This document shows positions 1 to 9,700 of a stretch of DNA of 64,000 nt, piece after piece. A model generated the notes under the pieces. The model was not told where the DNA came from, did not search any database, and worked only from the letters and a program-made list of their open reading frames with translations. Positions within the stretch are counted from its first letter, which is position 1. Every line of letters begins with the position of its first letter. Made by a program: the position numbers and the translations under genes. The stretch comes from a virus, in IMG/VR virus record IMGVR_UViG_3300031466_000110; one strand, 5' to 3'.

Positions 1-132
1 CAGAAACTTGTGCATCCGCGAATAAAACTTATTCATGATGCGGAGTTTTTCCGCCTTGGGTTTTCGGGAGTACCAGAAGAAGATACCCCCAATGGGGATG
101 AATAAGGCGTAGATGATCAACAAAGCTTCCAT
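1..132 (-). CDS. Partial membrane protein running off the window, possibly TadB-like
   Basis: ATG overlaps the stop of the CpaF-like gene (TAATG). Reads MEALLIIYALFIPIGGIFFWYSRKPKAEK..., open to the window edge, with an N-terminal TM helix. TadB assignment is from position only. Confidence 0.55.
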   Translation of the reverse strand, partial: MEALLIIYALFIPIGGIFFWYSRKPKAEKLRIMNKFYSRMHKFL

Positions 133-2294
133 TACGTCTCGACACCTCCAGTGAAGAAGTCGAGCATAACTACATGGTCTTCGTCAATGTCGTTCGGAAG
201 ACCCGGAGTCAACTCATCGCTGGTGTCATTAGAAACCAAACGTTTCTTATGCTCTTCGTCAGCCATAATTTCCTGACGCAGATACTCGATCATGTCATCA
301 GTAAGCATTTCCTCCATATCCGCTTGTTGGGCAGTAGCCGACAAGCCTTGCAAAATCGGAGAGTCGGTATTCTGCTCTTTTGCCGCTTTCAAGCGATAAT
401 GATCGAGAACCGAAAGCGCCACTGGATCTTCCACAACCTGCCCATCCGCCAATGGTTTGCGGCGTCCCCAGTTAGCCAACATGAACTTATCGAACTCCTC
501 GACTTCATGCCCCAAATTATCACGGATAATTTTCTCCAATCGAGGAGAAATACGTTCCACCGCGTAATAAGTCTTCGTTTTCGTATCATATCGCAAGATA
601 TCCTGCGTAATGAAGGTGACCGCCGCTGTGCGTCGAGTGTAATACTCGCGTTGCATAACGGCTTGCGAATACGCCACATTATTCGGATCAATCTCAGGAA
701 GCGGCTGAACCTCCAAGAGCGGGATAATTTCCGTAATCCGCTCAATATAACGCTGACCTTCGGCGTTGTAATCCAAATGGATATCGAAGTTGACAACTTC
801 GAGGATCTGCGCCGTTGCCGTATCCATCGTAAAGCCACCCGCGTTAACCAGCGAGTTCCGCAGAGTATATACCAACTTCTCAGCGGTGTTCGCGTGGTGA
901 GAGAAGATGGTAAACATCGATGCGGTCATACCCATTTGAATCATCCGCGCCGCAACCTCGTCAGTTGCGACCTCACCGACCAACGAAACAGCGGCGTCAG
1001 ATTTCTTCAGAGCGTCCTGAAGCTCCGTAGCAGTAACGTGCGTCGTCTCCTGAACAGAAAGGATGTTACGATTCGGATAAATTTCCCGCAAGTACAACTC
1101 AGGAGCCATTTCCAAGACCCGGATGGTCAAACGCGGATCAATATAACGAATGATCGAGGACATCAGCGTGGTCTTACCGGAACCTTGACGCCCAGTTACC
1201 CCGCACGTCATCTTGCCCTTGATCAAGAACTTGATCAAGTTAATAACCAAATCGCCGTTAACGGTATAATCCTTGATAATAAGCTTCTCAGGTGTCGGAT
1301 CAGAAATGGTGAACTTCCGAACAAAGACCGCCCAGTACTCAGAAGCCGGAGGTCGAAGTGCCAAGACGCGGGATTTGTCATACATAGTATTGACCAAATA
1401 CCCCCGCTTCGCTGTGAGCGCACCCGGATTGTTATAACGAGCGATAAGCTGTACGACCCGACGAACTTCGTCTTCACTACCAAAGGACATGAAGCGGAAA
1501 TGGATGTACTTCCCTTTGTAATACACCCAGACCGAATCCGTCGCTTTGAACGTCCCAGCATTATAAGCATTCAAGTTCGTCATAATACTACCGGAAGTAC
1601 CAATATTGAAGCCGTTGATGTCCATCTCACGTAAGGTGTCAAGGATACCAAAGCCCGCATACTGCTGATACACCAAGATCGCCAAGAGGTCGATTTGCTC
1701 ATCTATCGTAAGCTTGAAGTCCTCTTGCGTATAAATGGAGATCAGTTCCTCGCGAGAAAAATAATAGTTCTGCAGATTCCCGTTCTCATCATAGCGCTCG
1801 CGGTCGAGATTGTACTTAGTAATAATGGCTTCAAGAGCTTTCTTCCCAAGTTGCTGATTGTTCTCATCCAGCATGCGCTTATACTTATACAACAGGATCT
1901 CGAAAATGACATGGTCGGACGGAACCAAACCATCCGACAGACCAAGCAAGTCCGTGACCCGATGATGCGGTACATTATTAGCGATAAAAGAACGGATCAA
2001 CTCAATGACAATAATCTTCGCAGAGTCAATACCATAAACGCAGTTCTTCAAAGCATCATTAATCCGAGCTTTACGCCGATACAACATATTGAACTCCGCT
2101 TCCGAAAGACCAAGAGAGTAATCCTCTTTAACGAGTTCTACCATTTCATGCTTAACCGCTTCCAGAAGCTCTTCCATTGTGTTGTACTCTTCCTCCGGGA
2201 TAAACTCCGTCCGGGATTTAGAGATGTAATACACCACAATGAGAGCGATGACAAAACCAACAATACTCGCTATCGTTAAGACGGTGTTCAACAT
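132..2294 (-). CDS. CpaF/TadA/VirB11-family secretion ATPase with N-terminal TM helix
   Basis: Walker A GRQGSGKTT, Asp box VLEMAPEL, Walker B SLVGEV, His box SHHAN; RBS GGGGGTG. Confidence 0.88.
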   Translation of the reverse strand: MLNTVLTIASIVGFVIALIVVYYISKSRTEFIPEEEYNTMEELLEAVKHEMVELVKEDYSLGLSEAEFNMLYRRKARINDALKNCVYGIDSAKIIVIELIRSFIANNVPHHRVTDLLGLSDGLVPSDHVIFEILLYKYKRMLDENNQQLGKKALEAIITKYNLDRERYDENGNLQNYYFSREELISIYTQEDFKLTIDEQIDLLAILVYQQYAGFGILDTLREMDINGFNIGTSGSIMTNLNAYNAGTFKATDSVWVYYKGKYIHFRFMSFGSEDEVRRVVQLIARYNNPGALTAKRGYLVNTMYDKSRVLALRPPASEYWAVFVRKFTISDPTPEKLIIKDYTVNGDLVINLIKFLIKGKMTCGVTGRQGSGKTTLMSSIIRYIDPRLTIRVLEMAPELYLREIYPNRNILSVQETTHVTATELQDALKKSDAAVSLVGEVATDEVAARMIQMGMTASMFTIFSHHANTAEKLVYTLRNSLVNAGGFTMDTATAQILEVVNFDIHLDYNAEGQRYIERITEIIPLLEVQPLPEIDPNNVAYSQAVMQREYYTRRTAAVTFITQDILRYDTKTKTYYAVERISPRLEKIIRDNLGHEVEEFDKFMLANWGRRKPLADGQVVEDPVALSVLDHYRLKAAKEQNTDSPILQGLSATAQQADMEEMLTDDMIEYLRQEIMADEEHKKRLVSNDTSDELTPGLPNDIDEDHVVMLDFFTGGVET

Positions 2295-2297
2295 CGG

Positions 2298-3092
2298 TTA
2301 AACACCCCCGCGTGACTTCAAGATACGATTTCGAAGTTTAACCACGGAGTTCGAGAGAGCCATATACCCCTTATACACGTCAATAGAGAGTGCATTTTTG
2401 TTTTTGCCGTTGATAAACACCAACGGGAGCTTTCCATTGTTACAACCCCAACGTACCCACGAATTCTCACGAATGAGATGAAGCGGAGTTTTTACCTCCA
2501 AGAAGTTGGTGATAATTTTAGGCTTCTTCATCACAACAGGGTCGTAACGATTACAACAGAGCAAAAGTCTCTTACCCCGAAGGGTACGTTCATTATCCTT
2601 CAACCACTGCTTAAACAACTTAAGCTCCAAGAAATCCGGCGTAATATTCAGCACGACAATATGGGATTTAGCTATAATGGCGCTGGCATTATCCTCCGAA
2701 AGTGGAGTGTCCACATCAATAACCTTATACTCATAAGGCGACTCCGCATCTGCCATATACGCCAAGAGCGTACCCATATCATACGGCGTGAACAGATTAT
2801 CGAAATTGGTGAACACGTCCGTGTAGTCACCGAACTTCGTACAATAATCCGCCACATCCTCTGGCTTCAAAGCACCCTCCCGAAGAAGCTTGACCAACTG
2901 AGTTGAAGTATTGGTCTTATCATCGAGAAGCTTCAAACCCATATAGGTTTGAAACGAATCTGAAAGCGATGACGTATGCGTCAAAAAGACACGACGCTTA
3001 GTCTCAGCCAAAGCCATCGACAACATCATCGCTGTAACCGTCGCTCCATTACGACGAGTATGTGGCGCAAGAACCGAAATTGTGACTGGCAT
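2298..3092 (-). CDS. MinD/ParA/CpaE(TadZ)-like protein with deviant P-loop
   Basis: N-terminal ISVLAPHTRRNGATVTA..LSMALA in P-loop position, YKVIDVDT strand; directly upstream of CpaF. Confidence 0.65.
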   Translation of the reverse strand: MPVTISVLAPHTRRNGATVTAMMLSMALAETKRRVFLTHTSSLSDSFQTYMGLKLLDDKTNTSTQLVKLLREGALKPEDVADYCTKFGDYTDVFTNFDNLFTPYDMGTLLAYMADAESPYEYKVIDVDTPLSEDNASAIIAKSHIVVLNITPDFLELKLFKQWLKDNERTLRGKRLLLCCNRYDPVVMKKPKIITNFLEVKTPLHLIRENSWVRWGCNNGKLPLVFINGKNKNALSIDVYKGYMALSNSVVKLRNRILKSRGGV

Positions 3093-3095
3093 ACG

Positions 3096-3680
3096 TTACT
3101 CCTTTCTAGCCAAAAGCTTGACTATAGTTTTCGACTCCAACCCCAACACTTTCCCAAAAAGTGTAGTGACGACTGCCACAGTTGCCTGATCCTCTAACGG
3201 AAGGAACTTTCGATAATCCTCACAATTGTAAATATACGCCAAAAGCGACGGAGTCGGAGTAATTTTCGGATACTCCAAATTCTTTGCCTTTGTCAGAGAA
3301 ATGAAGACCCGCATGAACTCCTCATTATTCGGGAAATTCCCCACCGTGGTATCCACAAAATCAAAACCCCGATTTACCCCTGATAGGGCTACTACACGCT
3401 CATAACCCTGCGGTATAAAATCATTGGACACCACCACAAGGTACTCGAAGGGTTCATTGAGCGATTGAACCGTCTCCGTAACCACCTCTTGAGTTACAAG
3501 CGGAACGACGCGAATGGTGATATTGTCATTCTCAAACTCCAACGAAAAGTCATCGTCGAAACGGCGGAACGCTGGTTCGTCCGTCACAACCAGCGTCTTC
3601 CCAAGGAATTTCAAACATTGAAGAAGCGGGTAGACAACCGGACGCTTGTCTACCCCACCAATTACCGCTAATGTCTTCAT
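3096..3680 (-). CDS. Hypothetical protein in Tad-like operon
   Basis: 194-aa ORF, RBS AGGGGGT, 3-bp spacing to neighbour. Confidence 0.7.
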   Translation of the reverse strand: MKTLAVIGGVDKRPVVYPLLQCLKFLGKTLVVTDEPAFRRFDDDFSLEFENDNITIRVVPLVTQEVVTETVQSLNEPFEYLVVVSNDFIPQGYERVVALSGVNRGFDFVDTTVGNFPNNEEFMRVFISLTKAKNLEYPKITPTPSLLAYIYNCEDYRKFLPLEDQATVAVVTTLFGKVLGLESKTIVKLLARKE

Positions 3681-3698
3681 GCCTAAACCCCCTACTTA

Positions 3699-4616
3699 TT
3701 AACGATTAGCGCGAGCTTCTTCCATCTCCCGCTTGGTTTCCTCAGCTTGGAATGCACGATCCGCCGCCGAAATAAGCGATGCGAACTGCTGTCTTCCACG
3801 AACGAGAGTTTGCTCCAGCTCTTGCTGACTTTTGAACGTCGACATACCACTAAGGGATTGGTCGATATCCGAACGACGTTGAAGCATATCTGCTTTAATC
3901 GCTTCAAGCAAGTTCGGATCGGCTTGAGCGATAGCCAAAATGTTAGTAGCAACAGGGTAATATACGTCCGCCGCACGTTGAGCGCCACCTTCCAAATACT
4001 CAACTGCATATAGCGAAGTACCCGGATAAACAAGAGAGTCAATCAGCATAGAGTTGTAAGTGTGGATGTCCTTCGAGCTGAGAACAAGCTTCAATACCCC
4101 CGCATTGATAGAGTGAACTCGTTTGCGAGAAAGGGCTATAAAGTCTTCACCCATTGGAAGGGTAATCCGAACGTCTACATATGAACCCGGCTTCAACCCT
4201 ACTGGAATGTTATTCAACACCACGTCAACCAAACGAAGATCATCCGTCAGCGGCTCGTCATACACCATATCCGGAGAAATGATCGTACCAGCGGCAAGGT
4301 CAACTTTATAATATTTACCCACCAGCTCCTCGAAAGAAGTAAGCATATTCGCCGCCGCACCAACCGGAACCAAAACTTCATGGAAGTCCGTTTCCTGAAC
4401 CTGTTTCCCCATCTTCACATCAGAAGACAAAGCATACACCGGAATAAGCTGACCGATACTGTCCAAATCCGACTGCAACCTTGCGATCTCAGAGTCCTTT
4501 TGTTCAATAGTCTTGGTGGTTTTGTCCCAATAAAAATACCCCGCCCCTCCAATAACCAACCAACTGAGAACCAAAGATAGCGTCAAAATCCCTTTCACAC
4601 TCTTTAGAAACGCCAT
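3699..4616 (-). CDS. SAF-domain Flp pilus assembly protein (CpaB/RcpC-like)
   Basis: N-terminal TM, short coiled coil, SAF-like VYALSSDVKMGKQV...DLAAGTIISPDM, and LKPGSYVDVRI motif typical of CpaB. Confidence 0.72.
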   Translation of the reverse strand: MAFLKSVKGILTLSLVLSWLVIGGAGYFYWDKTTKTIEQKDSEIARLQSDLDSIGQLIPVYALSSDVKMGKQVQETDFHEVLVPVGAAANMLTSFEELVGKYYKVDLAAGTIISPDMVYDEPLTDDLRLVDVVLNNIPVGLKPGSYVDVRITLPMGEDFIALSRKRVHSINAGVLKLVLSSKDIHTYNSMLIDSLVYPGTSLYAVEYLEGGAQRAADVYYPVATNILAIAQADPNLLEAIKADMLQRRSDIDQSLSGMSTFKSQQELEQTLVRGRQQFASLISAADRAFQAEETKREMEEARANR

Positions 4617-4639
4617 GTACTTTTCCCTCCAAACCCGAA

Positions 4640-5215
4640 TTAAAATACTTCCTCTAAGTAGTCCTGCAAGGTGGGCAAAACCACACCTTCCTTCACTTCC
4701 CCCGCAAAAATAACGGTACTGAAGACCAGCACCCGAACGAGATTTCTATCCTTACTTAAATAAAATTCAATAAATTGAGATGTGACTGCTTCAGAAACTA
4801 CCGTGTATCCTTGATCTCGAAGAAAGTTTAGATACTTGGCACTTGTCAACAAATCCGCTTCCCACGAATAGGGTGTATCTGTTTCCAAGGTCGTAATATC
4901 AAAAGACTCCTCCGTCTCAGGAAGAACTAAGAGGGGATTGGATTTACGAACCACCGAAGTCAGAAACTTCTGTTCCACCCCATCCTTATAGAGCGCTGTA
5001 CCATATCCGGGATAAGCGCGAAGCTCGTATACCCCCTCTTCATTGGTGTACCGGAGAGCTACCTCGTAATCGAGAACAACTTCACCCTCCTCTGCATTCC
5101 CATTAAGACAGTACAGCATTACCCCCAAAGTAAGAAAAAGCAGGGGGGCGAGTACCATCGTCCAAAACCACCACGAAGCTCGACGTGGGGTTTTCACGTC
5201 CCCTGTTTCCGACAT
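4640..5215 (-). CDS. Membrane-anchored hypothetical protein
   Basis: One TM helix near the N-terminus; ATG at 5215 follows GGGGGTGAG (ORF track starts at 5233). Confidence 0.7.
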   Translation of the reverse strand: MSETGDVKTPRRASWWFWTMVLAPLLFLTLGVMLYCLNGNAEEGEVVLDYEVALRYTNEEGVYELRAYPGYGTALYKDGVEQKFLTSVVRKSNPLLVLPETEESFDITTLETDTPYSWEADLLTSAKYLNFLRDQGYTVVSEAVTSQFIEFYLSKDRNLVRVLVFSTVIFAGEVKEGVVLPTLQDYLEEVF

Positions 5216-5216
5216 C

Positions 5217-6602
5217 TTACTCACCCCCATCAATTTTCAAAAACTCACGCATACTGCTTGCCGAAGGAAGCGAACTATCCGAGGATTCAGAATTGTTGGA
5301 ATGCATCGAATTTGGAGTAGACATAGGTGCAGAAGACCCCGAGGAATTCGCGGTGCTTTCCCCCTCGTACCGAATCGTAGGCTGATCCGAGCGCATCGAA
5401 TCCAACAATGAATCCCAGTCTCGCTTCGAAATCTTAGGTGCAGGAACTTCATACCCCTCCTCCAGCTCCAGATCAACAGCCCCATCCGGCACTTCGCCAT
5501 CACGAATATAGATTTGCTCAGAAGAACCAGAAGAACCACCAGTATCTGTAGTATGGAGTGGCTTGTCCATAATAGCGGAAACCAAAGCTTCCGTCTGCTC
5601 GTTGCGCTCCTCAAGATTACGGCTAAGGTAATCCTTCAACGCATTTGCTCCCATTTTCCCAAAGAAATAGATCGGATCTACACTCTCACCATCCAAATGA
5701 ACCTCAAAGTGCAGATGCGCACCGGTAACCCGACCCGTATCTCCGACCGTACCAATACGATCATACTGCTTTACAGCTTGTCCCGGCTCGACTTCAATTT
5801 CATCCAAGTGCATATACTTAGTTACAAGCCCATTTCCATGATCAATAACGATCACATTACCCCCTCGCTCAGAACGATAGGTGTCCGCTACCGTCCCGTT
5901 CCAAGCCGCAAGAACTGGAGTTCCAACAGGAGCGCCAAGATCGATACCACGATGCATGGCAAGAGTCCCATTGAACGGATCAGCGCGAAGCCCATAAATA
6001 GACGTAAGATGAAAATTACCGAACGCCGGAGACTTCAAAGACGAACCGACATCTCCAAGAGATTGGTAGGTTTGCACCTCTTCCTCAATAGCTTGAATGT
6101 CTTCCACCAAAGACTCCCACTCATTAGGCACGACATCAAGCCGCAGAACTTCCCCAACCTCCTTAACTTGCGTCAACTCATGACGCTTAGTTTGAATCGC
6201 AGAATACCCCGCTAAGACCTCTCGCACCGAAGCGCCAGAAGTAAAGCGATTAGCAAAATCCTTCTGGAGAGCCTGTAATTCTCGCCCCAAGGCGTCGCGT
6301 TTCCGTTTAGGAGCTTCGACCAAGTCCTCCAAAGAAACATTTTGCATCATTTTTGCCACATTATTTCTGTACTCAGTTCGATACCAGTTCAACCAGATTT
6401 CAGACTTCTCTTCCTCCGAATATTTCGTATCTAAACGATCCTTACCCTGCAGTTCCCGAAGATCATCCACAGTGTAAGCATACGCCGGAAAATTTAACTG
6501 CGAAGTTACCAAAAGCGAAGTGACAATGGTCAACGCCATCTTTTTGTTCTGCTTTTTACGCTTTTTCTGCAAGCGCTGTCTTGCCTTCCTCGAAGTTCGC
6601 AT
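5217..6602 (-). CDS. M23-family metallopeptidase (LytM/NlpD-like peptidoglycan hydrolase)
   Basis: HRGID (HxxxD) and HLHFEV (HxH) motifs; basic N-terminus plus TM; coiled-coil stalk; Ser-rich tail. Confidence 0.9.
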   Translation of the reverse strand: MRTSRKARQRLQKKRKKQNKKMALTIVTSLLVTSQLNFPAYAYTVDDLRELQGKDRLDTKYSEEEKSEIWLNWYRTEYRNNVAKMMQNVSLEDLVEAPKRKRDALGRELQALQKDFANRFTSGASVREVLAGYSAIQTKRHELTQVKEVGEVLRLDVVPNEWESLVEDIQAIEEEVQTYQSLGDVGSSLKSPAFGNFHLTSIYGLRADPFNGTLAMHRGIDLGAPVGTPVLAAWNGTVADTYRSERGGNVIVIDHGNGLVTKYMHLDEIEVEPGQAVKQYDRIGTVGDTGRVTGAHLHFEVHLDGESVDPIYFFGKMGANALKDYLSRNLEERNEQTEALVSAIMDKPLHTTDTGGSSGSSEQIYIRDGEVPDGAVDLELEEGYEVPAPKISKRDWDSLLDSMRSDQPTIRYEGESTANSSGSSAPMSTPNSMHSNNSESSDSSLPSASSMREFLKIDGGE

Positions 6603-6666
6603 ACCCCCAACCTCCTTTCGCTGTGCTCAATATAACGAAAAATCAAGGGAAGTCTAAAATTGACGG

Positions 6667-6698
6667 AAAAGAAGCCCTCTAACCAAAGTTAGAGGGCT
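6667..6698 (-). terminator. Intrinsic terminator after the giant gene
   Basis: Perfect 11-bp stem AGCCCTCTAAC/GTTAGAGGGCT, 4-nt loop, T-rich tract on the minus strand. Confidence 0.85.
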
Positions 6699-6714
6699 AT
6701 AGTCACAGAATTGA

Positions 6715-9700
6715 TTAGTGACTTCCCTTAGTCGCGATGTCGATGATCGAACTGGTGTCCGTATCATAGAGCGCGATCACAGGTGGAAGACCGCTGTTAA
6801 CCAAGCTGAATGTCCGGGTTACCCCATTCTTCGAAGCCGTGAACGAGTTAACACCCGGTTGCTGATAACGGAGCGTGTACACGTCACCCAACACCACGAT
6901 ATCAGCCGCCAACAGGATCAAGCTGTTACCCGCCTTCACCGATTCGATGTTCTCCAAGGTCGGTTGCATACCATGCGGTACAAAGACTGCCGACGACGGT
7001 ACCCCGAATTTGAGGTGCCAACGTTGCGCTTGGAAATCGTAGTCCGTTATCGGGAGAACGTTGCCCGGATTCCGGTTGACTCCGTTAGTCGTAGAGGAAC
7101 CGATGAACGTTCGCATCTTCTTATCCAACACCAACCGTTGCGCGTTACCCATGCTGGTATAGCTACCCGCCGGGGCTGGTAACTGTTTCCGACCGATGAC
7201 TTTCTCACCCGAGCTATCGGTGATAATCTCTTCGTAGAAGTTCGTGATCCGTTCAGTAATCGTCGCTTCACTCAAAGAGTAGTTGCGACGTTCACGCTCA
7301 TCCGCCCACGACATGCTGACATTGTACGGAGCCAAATCAGTCGGCAAAGTACCGTTATCCGCCGCCCGATACTTGTTAATCGGCTTATACTCGTCACCCA
7401 CCTTCGTATAAACGTCAAGCGGAGTGATCGTACCTTTATCAAGATCGAGCTTATAGTAGTACGGCAGAACACGTACCAAACCATTCTGATAGTCCCCGAT
7501 AGTCGTCAAATCCGCCAAGATATCGTAACCGATCTTGAGATACTGCCCTTGCAACGCCGGGATGGTGTTATCAAGAGCATTGACCGGAAGTGCCAACGGC
7601 GGCTTATTCTTCCACGATTGGTTACCGTAAGTGTCAAGATAAGTGTTAGTTTTGTTATAGGCCACCCCACGAATGTCAATCAAGTCACCATAGTAACGAT
7701 TTTGCTTCGTTGGGTCAACCGTCGGAACCAACCCTTCGACTTGCCACGTACCATCATTCTTGGCTTCCTTGAACAAGTTGCTGAAGCGGAAGTCTTCCGT
7801 ATCCATGACTGCGAAGTTACCAACACGTCCGACAACGTCGATATAGGACTGCTTATACGCCCCATGCAGAGCGCGGATTCCCGCATAACGTGCGCGGTTA
7901 GCGGTGTCGATATAGTTCTCATTGAAAGGAGAACCAATCGGACGACCGTTAATCGGAACCGCCTCAAACTGCACTTGCGCCGAGACAGATTCCTTATTCG
8001 CCAACGGCAGGTAGAACTCGAAATACTCCTGATTTACAGGGAGATCAATCCACGTACCCGAACGATACAACTTATTGTTATAGATGACATGGAAATCGAA
8101 TCGCACCCGCTTCGCGGCGGTATACTGCGTGGTGTCCATGTTGTTCGTATAACCATACCCCCGCGTATACATAGTGGTTGAGATACCGCGCATATTCGGT
8201 TGCTCTGCGAAGTTACCCCGGTTCGGGAAGTACAGAGTGAACGTGTAGTCAAGGTTAATGAAGTTACTCCGTGTTACCGAACCGCCGCCCGGAAGTTGAA
8301 CATGCTCGTGGTCTTTCTTATGGTTTTCATCGATACCGCAAGCGTCCCAACAGATGGTATTACCCTTATCATAGTGCTGACCGATATGATGCGGCTCTGT
8401 GCAGTCCAACGTCTTGATGAGCCTACAAGATTCGTTGTGCTCGTGCGCATTGTAGATCGGCTTCGGATAAATCCGAATACCCGTGATATACACATCGGTC
8501 GGATTCGGACGTTGCAGGTCGTTGAAGAACCGCAAAGCCGCATTTGCCATATTCGCATTACCGGACTTGAAGGAAAGTTGCGCCTTCTTCACTGTAGACG
8601 ACGCTGTCAAGTGATGCTCTGGCAACATATCCGGGTAAAGGTCAACGTTGAACTTCGTGGTGCCGCCCGACGTCCAGTAACTGAACTCCACAATGTACTC
8701 TGCATTAGGCTTCAAATTCAGCGTTTTAGACGTTGCGGTAGGAACATCCGATCCGCTCGCCAACTTGATAGTCTTAAACTTCAAGTTAGTTCCTGGATAA
8801 GTTTGATCCACAATGCTCGCACCTTGACGGAGCGACGCACCTTCCATCGCACCAAGCGATGTATAACCGCCAATCGAAAGCATGCAGATTAGGAATGGGT
8901 TCGACGAACCATCCGGCATGGTCTTCGGAATCGTGTTCGCCCGTGCATTCAGGTTTGCCTGATTGAGCGTTGCCGTAATGAAACCATTGTTGTCCGTGAT
9001 CGTCAGAATGCTCGACCACTGAGAACCAAGCAACTGCGCCCAAGTATAACCGAACATTCCCGTCGTCGAGATATCCAGACCAGACGTTTCAAACTTCGTC
9101 AGCGGTGTGATCCGAGCATAACCATCACCCGAACGACCCGTCATGGTACCCCCGCTCGGATTTGGCATCGCTTGGTCGCCCGCAAGGAGTGTACCATTCG
9201 TTACCCCGCCGATATAGCCAGAACCACCGCCACCAGCGGCTCCAGAACCGTAGTAACTGCCCCATGAAGTACCGCCGCCATAGTAACCACCACCAGCACC
9301 CGCTCTCGAACCGTTAGCACCTTTTCCAAGCTCACCATTTCCATAGTTGCCTGTGCCGCCGCCCGTTTGCGTACCGCCAGTGCCTGTCACCGTCGAGTTA
9401 TGCGTACCCGCCAAACCTGAAGTACCGCCGCCATGCGGAGTAGCTGTCATCGGCGTTACAACACCGCCACCGCCGCCCGCAACGATCACACGATTAGAGA
9501 GGTTCGTACCCCCAACGCGAATATCCGTAGCGCCACCGCCCGACGAGTTGTTACCGTCCGCATACGGTGATACGACATCACCGCCACCGTTCCAACCTCC
9601 GGCAAGGACACCATTCGTGCCCGTACCGCGAGAACCTTGACCGCCAACATAGATATGGATGGTTTGTCCCTTCGTCAGGTAAATTTCACCCTTCGCATAA

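Noticed and set aside
174-1634. 486-aa plus-strand ORF, and similar long plus-strand ORFs (9637-10989, 17048-17833, 35369-36433, 38810-39967, 45890-47476)
   Set aside because: Antisense shadows of well-supported minus-strand genes; no RBS or family motifs, and Arg/Ile/His-rich composition typical of reverse frames.
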